Origin: an uncultured delta proteobacterium
GTDB lineage: Bacteria > Myxococcota_A > Polyangia > Polyangiales > JAFGIB01
Direction of reading: 5' to 3'
Length of the DNA: 64,000 nucleotides
NCBI GenBank assembly: GCA_963778655.1
Contig: CAVZVA010000010.1
Location: 1,120,001 to 1,184,000, forward strand
Each line of letters opens with the position of its first letter. Within the stretch, counting starts at the first letter, position 1. The notes under the pieces are model-generated. The model was given only the letters and a program-made list of their open reading frames with translations. It ran no database searches and had not been told where the DNA came from. The position numbers and the translations under genes are program-made. Below, piece after piece: positions 55,223 through 64,000 of the stretch.

Positions 55223-57631
55223 TCAGCGGATCGGCAGCCACAGCGGCTCGCTCTGCTTCAGCCGTTGCGCGAGCGCGCGCGCGGCCTCGCGGCTCGCCGC
55301 CGCCGGCGCCGAGACGCCAAAGGCCTGGCGTGCGAGCGCCTCGGCCTCTGCGCTCGGGCTGCCGGCCCGGCGCGCGCGGGTCTCTTCGCTCAGCTCGAAC
55401 GCGCGGTCGGCTGCGCGCTGCAGGCTCGCGGCCGGCAGGCCGCGCGCGCTCTGCCCCAGGCTCGCGGCGACCGCGTCCAGGGCAGCCGGCTCACCGCGCA
55501 GCGCCACTGCTGCCCAGGCCCCATCCGCGCTCAAGCCGCCGTCCTGCCAGGTCGCGCTCACCCCCGGCGCCTGCTCGAGCGTGGCGCGCATCAACGCCGC
55601 GAATCCGCGCGCCCCGGCCGGGTCGGCGTCGGGCAGCGCCGCCCGCCACACCGCCAGGCCCAGCGTGGGCTGCTCGGGTGGAGTGGTCGCGCCCGCGGCT
55701 GCTGGCGCCGCAGCCGGCGTCTTCGGCACGGGGTCTAGTGCCGCCTTGCCCTGGGGCACCAGCGCCAGGCGTCGTCCGGCCCACACCGCGCTCTGCCTGG
55801 CCGGGATCTCGCCCACCACCGCGACGCTGAGCGCGCCGCCTTGCCGGCAACCTCGGAACTGCTCCCGTAGCTCCGGCAGCCCCACGCTCGCTTGCCGCAC
55901 CGGGCTGCCCCAGGGGGCGAGCGCGCCCGGCTGGTTGGGCGCGAGCCGCTCGCCCAGCACGGCCAGCAGCTCGCCCGCGCCGCCCGGGGGTCCCAGCCGG
56001 TCGCGCAGCCGCAGGCGGGCCGCGGCCAGCGCGCTGCGTTCGAGCGCCGGATGCAAGGCGCACTGCAGCGCCAGCTCGAGCGCCGGCTGCCAGCGCCGCG
56101 CCGGCGCGGTCAGCAGCAGGCCGAACGACTCGCCGTCGGCGCGCGGCAGCAGCTGCGCGCCGAGCGCCTGTAGCCGTGCGCTCAGGTGCGGCGGATCGAG
56201 CCCGGCGCACGCGGTCGTGCCGAGCGTCGCCAGCAACGCGGTGCGCCCGTGCAGCAGCGGCGGGTCGTCGCGTCCGCCGCAGCCGAAGCGCACCGAGGCC
56301 GCGAGCTGCTCGCCGTTGCGCCGTCGCACCTCGATGCGCACTCCGTTGTCGAGCGTGACCGAGGCCGCGTCCTGATCGAGCTCGCCGGAGAGCTTGGGAT
56401 CGGCCAGCGCTTGCCCCGCGCGCCACGCGTCCCGCAGGCGCGCTTGCCAGGCCGTGCGCAGCGGCGCATCGGGGTCGTCGAGCTGGACACGGTCTGCGCG
56501 GCCGCCCGCGACCAGCACTCCGACGCCCAGCGCGAGCGCGGCCGCCCGCACCGGGCCGCGCGCGGACCAGCGCGAGCCCAGCCTGCGCGCCAGCGTCACC
56601 AGGTCACCGCCGCTGGGCGCGTCCGGCGCGGGCTTGGTGCCTTCGCGTCGCAGCCGCTCGAGCTCGTGCGCCGCGGCGCGCACCACCGCCTCGGGCTGGT
56701 CGCTGTCGACGCGCAGCAGCCCGAGCGCCGCACCGCGCACCGCGAAGACGTGCCCCCGCACCGCACGGGCGAGCGCTTCGCGCTCGAGACGCGCCCGCAA
56801 TGCACGCGCCGCGGCTTCGACGCTAGCCAGGTTCGCGCCAGCGAGCGCGAAGCTCAGCGCGGGGGCGTCGTCGACCGCGACCTGCACCGCGTCGTCGCCG
56901 GGGTCGGCCGGGGACGCTGCCACGCGGCGCGGGCCAGGCGCCTGCGGGGCGCGCGCGAACGCCCGGCGCGCGGCGCGCGCCAGCGTGTCGTTGGTGATCT
57001 CGCCGGCCGCCACCAACAAGGCGTGGCCGCTGCCGAAGTGCCGGGCCAGAAACGCGCGGCTGGCGCCGGCATCGGCGCGAGCGTCGTCGGACGCGACGCC
57101 GAGTGGAAACATGCCGGCGGCGCGTCCGCCGTACAGCGCCTGCAGCGCCAGCAGGTCCGCGCGGCGCTGCGGATCGCCGGCGGCCGCGCGACGGCGCGCT
57201 TCGATCAGCCGAGCGCGCATGGCTTCGACGCGGGCGGGCGCGGGCGCGCGCAGCGCGAGCCCGCGCGCCAGGCGGCCCAGGCATGCGTCCAGCTCGTTTC
57301 GGCGGCACGCCAGCGACAGCTCGATGCCATCGGGCCAGGCGCGTCCCGACACGCCCTCGCCGGCGGCGTCCGCCGCGAGCCACGCAGCCAGCGTCGCCAG
57401 CTGCGGCGGATCGGCGTCGCGGGCGCCGGCGTCGATCCACAGCGACAGCTGCGTGATTTCACCGCTGGGACGCGTGATCACCGCGAACGCCGGCACCGCG
57501 CCTTGGCCGCGCCGAACCAGGTCCAGCTCCGCCGCCGTCGTCTGAGGTACGGGCGGTGCCGCGCTGCCGCACGCCCACAGGCTCAGCAGCGCGGCCCCGA
57601 TTGCCGCGCGCTGCCGCAGGGCCGTGGCCAT
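55223..57631 (-). CDS. M16 (insulinase)-fold lipoprotein, catalytically degenerate
   Basis: LWAC lipobox; LWIDAGARD and TLDNGVRI..VRF..GGRDDP..HG.TALLA repeats; no HxxEH. Confidence 0.7.
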   Translation of the reverse strand: MATALRQRAAIGAALLSLWACGSAAPPVPQTTAAELDLVRRGQGAVPAFAVITRPSGEITQLSLWIDAGARDADPPQLATLAAWLAADAAGEGVSGRAWPDGIELSLACRRNELDACLGRLARGLALRAPAPARVEAMRARLIEARRRAAAGDPQRRADLLALQALYGGRAAGMFPLGVASDDARADAGASRAFLARHFGSGHALLVAAGEITNDTLARAARRAFARAPQAPGPRRVAASPADPGDDAVQVAVDDAPALSFALAGANLASVEAAARALRARLEREALARAVRGHVFAVRGAALGLLRVDSDQPEAVVRAAAHELERLRREGTKPAPDAPSGGDLVTLARRLGSRWSARGPVRAAALALGVGVLVAGGRADRVQLDDPDAPLRTAWQARLRDAWRAGQALADPKLSGELDQDAASVTLDNGVRIEVRRRNGEQLAASVRFGCGGRDDPPLLHGRTALLATLGTTACAGLDPPHLSARLQALGAQLLPRADGESFGLLLTAPARRWQPALELALQCALHPALERSALAAARLRLRDRLGPPGGAGELLAVLGERLAPNQPGALAPWGSPVRQASVGLPELREQFRGCRQGGALSVAVVGEIPARQSAVWAGRRLALVPQGKAALDPVPKTPAAAPAAAGATTPPEQPTLGLAVWRAALPDADPAGARGFAALMRATLEQAPGVSATWQDGGLSADGAWAAVALRGEPAALDAVAASLGQSARGLPAASLQRAADRAFELSEETRARRAGSPSAEAEALARQAFGVSAPAAASREAARALAQRLKQSEPLWLPIR

Positions 57632-57799
57632 GCGGGCCTTATAACAGGCTGTCGCCCGGGCGCCGAACCGTTGCCATTCAGGGGCATCCGCCCCACGCCG
57701 TGTCGATCGTCAGCGGCGGTCGACCGTGACCAGCTCGACGTAGGCGATGGCGATCAGCAGGATCACGAGATGCATGGGCGATCACGCTCGCTACAGGGA

Positions 57800-58198
57800 T
57801 CAGGCGGCGTACAGGGGCCGCATCACGCGGGCCTGCGAACGGAACGGCGGGGCTGGAATCACGCGCTCCTCCCGCGAGACCTCGCGCAGCCACTCGCGCA
57901 GCATGCGCTGGTGGCCGCGGGCCATCGCGGTGAAGCTTACGGCGGTGCCGTGGAACAGCGCGTCGAAGCGGTCGTAGATCACCTCGGCCTTGGCCCAGAT
58001 GGTGTCGCTGGTGCGCGGCAGCGCGAGCTCGAGCTGGATCACGTTCGAGCTGCGCTGCAGGGGCTCGGCCAGGCGCTCCATATACAGACCGATTGCGCTC
58101 AGGTCCGTGGTGAAGCAGCGGTGAGGATCGTCGCTGATGATCTGATCGACGTAGAATCCGACTGGGATGCGTTCCGAGCGTCTGCGGTTGTAAGACAT
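57800..58198 (-). CDS. PilZ domain protein
   Basis: AGGAG RBS; NRRRSER and DLSAIG motifs. Confidence 0.8.
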   Translation of the reverse strand: MSYNRRRSERIPVGFYVDQIISDDPHRCFTTDLSAIGLYMERLAEPLQRSSNVIQLELALPRTSDTIWAKAEVIYDRFDALFHGTAVSFTAMARGHQRMLREWLREVSREERVIPAPPFRSQARVMRPLYAA

Positions 58199-58316
58199 GC
58201 CGACTCCTGGCAGCGGTGAGGTGGTGTAGGACATGGTAAGCGTGTGTATGCGAACAGGCCAAAAAACCGTGGCGAAAGCTTCGCAACCTCGGGCCGCAGA
58301 CGCTGTCCAACCCGCT

Positions 58317-59669
58317 GTGCGCACGATTGAGCCCGGCCGCCGCCCGCGCGCCCACGCCTTGCTCGCGCTCGGGCTCGCGCTCGGGGCCTGTGCCGGCAGC
58401 CAGAAGCCCTCCTCGACCACGCCCGCGCGCGAGGTGGTGCAGATGGAGGAGCTGCGGATCAAGGCCGAGCGCCAGGGCGGAGGCTACCAGTTCGAGGCCT
58501 ACGACGCGGCCGACCTGTTCAAGCGCGCGACCGATCTGCTCAACCAGCAGCACTGCCAGCAGGCCATCCCACTCTACGATCGGGTAGGCTCGGAGTTCGC
58601 CAGCAGCCGCTACGCGTCGGCGGCGCTCTACAACGCCGGCCTGTGCGCGCAGGCGCTGGGCGACTTCGCGGGCGCGGCGCAGCGCTATGGCGGCTTGCTC
58701 GATCGCTACCCCGATTCGGACGACCGCAAGGACGCGAGCTTCCAGCTGGCCGAGGTGCTGGTACAGCTCGAGCGCTGGCCGGAGCTGATGCGCGTGACCG
58801 ACGCGCTGCTCGCCCGTCCCGAGCTCAGCACCGACGAGCGGATGGAGGCGATGGCGCGGCGGGGCCAGGCGTTGCTCGGGCTCGAGCGCTACGACGAGGC
58901 CGAGCGCTACGCCCGCAGCGCGCTCAGCTTCATGCGCACGCGGCCCAAGGAGGCCGCCCTGAAGGACGAATTCTTTGCCGCGGCCTGCAATTACGTTCTG
59001 GCCGAGAGCTTTCGCCTGCGCGAGCAGAAGCTAGAGTTCCCACAGGGGCTCGAGCCGCAGAAGCAGGTGCTGATCCAGCGGGCCCAGCTGCTGCTGGAGG
59101 CGCAGCGCGAGTACTTCAACACCATCAGCCTCAAGAACCTCGACAACTACTACTGGGCGGCGGCTTCGGGCTACCGCATCGGCAACATGTACGACGAGCT
59201 GTGGCACGCGATCATGAGCGCGCCGGTGCCGGCGAATCTGCCGCCCGAAGGCCACGCCACCTATCATGAGGAGCTGGCCAAGCTGATCAAACCGCTGATC
59301 CGGCACGCGATCCGCTACTGGGAGCTGACGCAGATGTTCATCGAGCGCACCGGCATCAACACGCCGTGGGCCGAGAAGATCAAGACCGACCTGGGGCGCG
59401 TGCGCGAGCTGCTGCTGCAGCAGCCCGAGGGCGCAGGAGGGCTGCCAGGCGCCGCCGCCGCCGGCGCGGCTCCGGCCGCCGCCTCCTCTTCCGCTGCGCC
59501 ACCCCCCGCGAGCGCGCTGCCCAAGCCGCGGCCTAGCGCGCGTGCCGCGGCGCGCCCGCCCGCGGCCGAACGCGTCGCGGAGCCGGCCGCGGACGCGGGG
59601 CCGCCGGAACAGGCAGCGGGTTCAGCGGCCGCGCCGGCCACGTCGTCTGCCGCCAGCCCCGCGCCTTGA
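58317..59669 (+). CDS. TPR-repeat lipoprotein
   Basis: LGAC lipobox, ALYNAGLC, YPDS..DA.FQLAE TPR pattern, Ala/Pro tail. Confidence 0.8.
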   Translation: MRTIEPGRRPRAHALLALGLALGACAGSQKPSSTTPAREVVQMEELRIKAERQGGGYQFEAYDAADLFKRATDLLNQQHCQQAIPLYDRVGSEFASSRYASAALYNAGLCAQALGDFAGAAQRYGGLLDRYPDSDDRKDASFQLAEVLVQLERWPELMRVTDALLARPELSTDERMEAMARRGQALLGLERYDEAERYARSALSFMRTRPKEAALKDEFFAAACNYVLAESFRLREQKLEFPQGLEPQKQVLIQRAQLLLEAQREYFNTISLKNLDNYYWAAASGYRIGNMYDELWHAIMSAPVPANLPPEGHATYHEELAKLIKPLIRHAIRYWELTQMFIERTGINTPWAEKIKTDLGRVRELLLQQPEGAGGLPGAAAAGAAPAAASSSAAPPPASALPKPRPSARAAARPPAAERVAEPAADAGPPEQAAGSAAAPATSSAASPAP

Positions 59670-59745
59670 GGTCTCGTGATGCTGAAATAGTGCGGGATCA
59701 GTCGACCTGCACCGCGCTCCCGATCCCCTTCGGCCGACTTCTTGC

Positions 59746-59774
59746 TTGACACCTCCAGGCTCGAGGCGTACAAG
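59746..59774 (+). promoter_or_regulatory. Sigma-70 promoter of the tRNA-tuf operon
   Basis: TTGACA-17 nt-TACAAG. Confidence 0.65.
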
Positions 59775-59872
59775 AACCGCCCTCCCGCGCGCCGGCCTTG
59801 CGTACACGTCCGTCCGATCCGGCGTGTGGATAAGCCCTGGTCCGGCCCGTGGAGGCGGAGGGAAGGGCCTTT

Positions 59873-59945
59873 GCTGGCGTAGCTCAATCGGCAGAGCACC
59901 TGTTTTGTAAACAGGCGGTTAAGGGTTCGAGTCCCCTCGCCAGCT
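59873..59945 (+). tRNA. thrU: tRNA-Thr (TGT)
   Basis: GCTGGCG/CGCCAGC acceptor stem, CCTGT-TTTGTAA-ACAGG anticodon arm, GGTTCGAG; CCA not encoded. Confidence 0.95.
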
Positions 59946-60014
59946 CCGCAGATTCGGCCTCGCCCGCCGTTCACGATATCGGTTTCGGATTGGTCGAGAA
60001 TCAATAATGATTTC

Positions 60015-60100
60015 GGAGGGTTGCCCGAGTGGTCAAAGGGAGCAGACTGTAAATCTGCCGGCTCCGGCCTACAGTGGTTCAAATCCACTACCCTCCACCA
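60015..60100 (+). tRNA. tyrU: tRNA-Tyr (GTA)
   Basis: GGAGGGT acceptor, GCAGA-CTGTAAA-TCTGC, long variable arm, 3' ACCA. Confidence 0.96.
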
Positions 60101-60144
60101 ACGGCGCGGATACGGCTCAGGAGCAGAGACGACTTAGCGCGCGT

Positions 60145-60217
60145 GCGGGAGTAGCTCAGTTGGTAGAGCGTCAGCCTTCCAAGCTGAATGTCGCCGGTTC
60201 GAGCCCGGTCTCCCGCT
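60145..60217 (+). tRNA. glyT: tRNA-Gly (TCC)
   Basis: GCGGGAG acceptor, TCAGC-CTTCCAA-GCTGA, GGTTCGAG. Confidence 0.96.
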
Positions 60218-60251
60218 CCCAGGAGCAGGACAGCAGACACACGGCATACGT

Positions 60252-60323
60252 GCCCAGGTAGCTCAGTGGTAGAGCACCTCCTTGGTAAGGAGGAGGTCGT
60301 GAGTTCAATCCTCATCCTGGGCT
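60252..60323 (+). tRNA. thrT: tRNA-Thr (GGT)
   Basis: GCCCAGG acceptor, CTCC-TTGGTAA-GGAG, AGTTCAATC. Confidence 0.95.
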
Positions 60324-60356
60324 CTAGGCACAGCGACGCAACGGAGGACCTAAGCG

Positions 60357-61547
<1,191 letters not shown>

Positions 61548-61554
61548 AGGCGAT

Positions 61555-61704
61555 ATGGGAGAGCGAGCGCGCGTTGTGCTCGTGTGCGAACAGTGCGGCG
61601 CGCGCAACTACCACACGACCAAGGCGCGCAACCAGGAACGGCTCGAGATCAAGAAGTTTTGTCCCACATGCAACCGGCACACTCTGCACAAGGAGTCCAA
61701 GTAG
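61555..61704 (+). CDS. rpmG: 50S ribosomal protein L33 (zinc-binding C+ form; below the ORF-track cutoff)
   Basis: [44 protein letters not shown]. Confidence 0.93.
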   Translation: MGERARVVLVCEQCGARNYHTTKARNQERLEIKKFCPTCNRHTLHKESK

Positions 61705-61713
61705 ACAGACCGA

Positions 61714-61786
61714 AGGCCAGTAGCTCAGCTGGTAGAGCAGCGGATTCCAAATCCGCAGGTCGTGGGTTCGAGCCCCTCCTGGCCTG
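61714..61786 (+). tRNA. trpT: tRNA-Trp (CCA)
   Basis: AGGCCAG acceptor, GCGGA-TTCCAAA-TCCGC, GGTTCGAG. Confidence 0.96.
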
Positions 61787-61811
61787 CTGAGAGCGCGAGC
61801 GAGAAGACACC

Positions 61812-62246
61812 ATGAGTGAAGAACAGGAGACGACGACATCGACCCGGGAGACGCCGGCGTCCTCGCGTGACGCTCAGCCGAAAGCGCTCGGGCTGGCGCG
61901 CTGGGTGCAGATGACATTTCTGGCGTTCGGGGTGCTGCTGCTCTTCATCTTCGACAAGATCATCACGATCGTGTGGGACAGGTTTGCCGAGCCGGAGCCG
62001 ACTCTGGTGACGTTGTCCGCCGCGATCTCGGCCGCGGCGGTGACGATGCTGCTCTACCGGCACGACCGCGTGCGTCGGGTGTCGCACGAGGTGGTCGGCG
62101 AGCTGGCCAAGGTGAGCTGGCCGACGCGCAGGGAAACCCAGACCTCCACGGTGGTGGTGATTATCACCTCGATCATCGCCGCCGCGATCGTAGGCGCTTT
62201 CGACGCGGCCTGGTCCGCGATCACCGACCTCATCTACAAGGTATAG
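61812..62246 (+). CDS. secE: Preprotein translocase subunit SecE
   Basis: ELAKVSWPTRRE plus TM; position before nusG. Confidence 0.95.
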   Translation: MSEEQETTTSTRETPASSRDAQPKALGLARWVQMTFLAFGVLLLFIFDKIITIVWDRFAEPEPTLVTLSAAISAAAVTMLLYRHDRVRRVSHEVVGELAKVSWPTRRETQTSTVVVIITSIIAAAIVGAFDAAWSAITDLIYKV

Positions 62247-62249
62247 AAC

Positions 62250-62918
62250 GTGGCCGACGAGACGAACGAAAAGAGCCCGCAGGGCAGCGAGCCGGTGCCA
62301 CCTCCGGCGGTGCCTGCCGTGATCGCGCCGGACGCGGGAACGGTCGCAGCGGATGCGGGCGACGGGAGCGAGGCTGCGCAAGCCGCACGGGCCGGCATGA
62401 AGTGGTACGTCGTGCAGGTCTACTCAGGCTACGAGCAGAAGGTGAAGCTCTCGCTGGCCGAGCGCGTGAAGCAAGCGGGCATCGAGCCCGATTTCGGCGA
62501 GATCCTGATCCCGACCGAGACCATCGCGGACCCGCAGCGGGCCAAGCGCGTGTCCTCCAAGACGTTTTACCCCGGCTACATCTTCGTGCAGATGGTGTTG
62601 ACCGACAAGGCCTGGCACGTGGTGCGCGACACGCCCAAGGTCACGGGCTTCGTCGGCGGCCGCAACCCGCAGCCGGTGCCCTCGCCCGAGATTCAGTCGG
62701 TGGTCCAGCAGGTCGAGGAAGGCGCCGCCAAGCCTCGGCCGCGCGTGATGTTCGAGCAGGGCGACCACGTGCGCGTCAACGACGGAGCGTTCGCGAACTT
62801 CACGGGCACGATCGAGGAAGTGAAGCCCGAAAAGCAGAAGGTGCGCGTGCTGGTGTCGATCTTCGGCCGCGCCACACCGGTGGAGCTCGACTTCACGCAG
62901 GTGGAGAAGACGGTCTGA
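62250..62918 (+). CDS. nusG: Transcription termination/antitermination factor NusG
   Basis: [34 protein letters not shown]; low-complexity N-terminal extension. Confidence 0.96.
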   Translation: MADETNEKSPQGSEPVPPPAVPAVIAPDAGTVAADAGDGSEAAQAARAGMKWYVVQVYSGYEQKVKLSLAERVKQAGIEPDFGEILIPTETIADPQRAKRVSSKTFYPGYIFVQMVLTDKAWHVVRDTPKVTGFVGGRNPQPVPSPEIQSVVQQVEEGAAKPRPRVMFEQGDHVRVNDGAFANFTGTIEEVKPEKQKVRVLVSIFGRATPVELDFTQVEKTV

Positions 62919-62937
62919 AGCGAAGGATCCCAACGCG

Positions 62938-63378
62938 ATGAAGAAGGCAATCGGCGAGATCAAGCTCCAGCTGCCCGCGGGACAGGCCAACCCCGCGCCG
63001 CCCGTCGGCCCCGCGCTGGGTCAGCACGGCGTCAACATCATGGGCTTCTGCAAGGAGTTCAATGCCAGGACGCAGTCGCAGGCCGGCATGATCATCCCCG
63101 TCGTGATCACGGTCTATTCGGACCGCTCGTTCACCTTCGTGATGAAGACGCCTCCGGCGTCGGTGCTGATCAAGAAGGAGCTGGGGCTCAAGATCGGCGG
63201 CAAGCCGGGCAGCGGATCGCCACGGCCTCACAAGGACAAGGTCGGCAGGCTCAGCCAGGAGCAGCTGCGCAGCATCGCCGCGCTCAAGGTGCAGGACACC
63301 AACGCGGCCAGCCTCGAGGCGTGCATGCGCACGATCGCGGGGACCGCGCGCTCGATGGGCGTCGAGGTCGACGAGTGA
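62938..63378 (+). CDS. rplK: 50S ribosomal protein L11
   Basis: [32 protein letters not shown]. Confidence 0.98.
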   Translation: MKKAIGEIKLQLPAGQANPAPPVGPALGQHGVNIMGFCKEFNARTQSQAGMIIPVVITVYSDRSFTFVMKTPPASVLIKKELGLKIGGKPGSGSPRPHKDKVGRLSQEQLRSIAALKVQDTNAASLEACMRTIAGTARSMGVEVDE

Positions 63379-63384
63379 GCGTTT

Positions 63385-63423
63385 CGGTGGGAGGTCGCCG
63401 CGTGCGGCCGCTCGGACCACCCG
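63385..63423 (+). promoter_or_regulatory. Putative L1-binding translational autoregulatory site
   Basis: GGTGGGAG...GACCACC stem with asymmetric loop between rplK and rplA. Confidence 0.6.
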
Positions 63424-63437
63424 GAGAATGATCGAAC

Positions 63438-64000
63438 ATGGAAGCCGGACGTAAACGAGCAGAGGCCCTGAAGATGGACCGCCAGAAGCGGTACTCGCTG
63501 GACGAGGCCTGCGCGCTGTTGCAGGGCACCAGCTTCGCGCGCTTCGAGGAGAGCGTGGACATCGCCGTGCGCCTGGGCGTCAATCCCCGGCACGCCGACC
63601 AGATGGTGCGCGGCGCGCTGGTGCTGCCGCACGGCATCGGCAAGGCCAAGCGGGTGTTGGTCTTCGCCAAGGCGGACAAGGCCGCGGAGGCCGAGGCCGC
63701 GGGCGCCGACATCGTCGGTGCCGACGAGCTGGTGGCCAAGGTGCAAGAGGGTTTCCTCGACTTCGACACCGTGGTCGCCACGCCCGACATGATGGGCCAG
63801 GTGGGCCGGCTCGGACGCGTGCTCGGACCGCGCGGGCTGATGCCGAACCCCAAGGTGGGCACGGTCACCGCGGACGTGAAGAAGGCGGTGCAGGAGGCCA
63901 AGGCGGGCAAGATCGAGTTCCGCGTCGAGAAGGCGGGCATCGTGCACGCGCCGATCGGCAAGAAGTCGTTTCCTGTGCAGCAGATCGCCGACAACGCGCG
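63438..64000 (+). CDS. rplA: 50S ribosomal protein L1 (partial, runs off the window)
   Basis: [47 protein letters not shown]. Confidence 0.97.
   Translation, partial: MEAGRKRAEALKMDRQKRYSLDEACALLQGTSFARFEESVDIAVRLGVNPRHADQMVRGALVLPHGIGKAKRVLVFAKADKAAEAEAAGADIVGADELVAKVQEGFLDFDTVVATPDMMGQVGRLGRVLGPRGLMPNPKVGTVTADVKKAVQEAKAGKIEFRVEKAGIVHAPIGKKSFPVQQIADNA

Noticed and set aside
58270..58285. TGGCGAAAGCTTCGCA as a sigma-54 promoter
   Set aside because: Spacing fits but the match is weak and equally explained as a short dyad; not supportable

Overview
Very GC-rich chromosomal segment that reads as a myxobacterium (Myxococcota, probably Polyangia). This is inferred from the AgmX/GltJ-type protein, many Cys/Gly/DAG-rich lipoproteins, PEGA/TPR and PilZ proteins, and the era-der and murA-hisG linkage. 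It is mostly housekeeping and envelope genes (hisD, ligA, der, era, lgt, fsa/tal, NAD kinase, murA, hisG, comEA, pepA, etfAB). It ends in the thrU-tyrU-glyT-thrT-tuf-rpmG-trpT-secE-nusG-rplK-rplA cluster. I found no CRISPR array, transposase, integrase, phage gene or recognisable defence system. The most interesting observations are: (i) a 1108-aa lipoprotein with a ZU5-like domain ending in an HFS autoproteolysis motif, recently duplicated Cys-rich repeats and a C-terminal propeller; (ii) four copies of an intergenic REP-like hairpin built from GGAAGRCG units; (iii) a membrane-anchored sigma-54 activator-like protein with dead ATPase motifs and an insertion in place of GAFTGA, sharing a palindromic bidirectional promoter with ligA; (iv) an EF-Tu with a non-canonical effector loop and an abrupt G3-to-C3 codon switch; (v) three +1 frameshifts, two of them identical GATC-to-GATTC changes; (vi) a NUDIX/methyltransferase deletion scar; (vii) many apparently leaderless genes. 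All family assignments come from motif recognition by eye, not from database searches.
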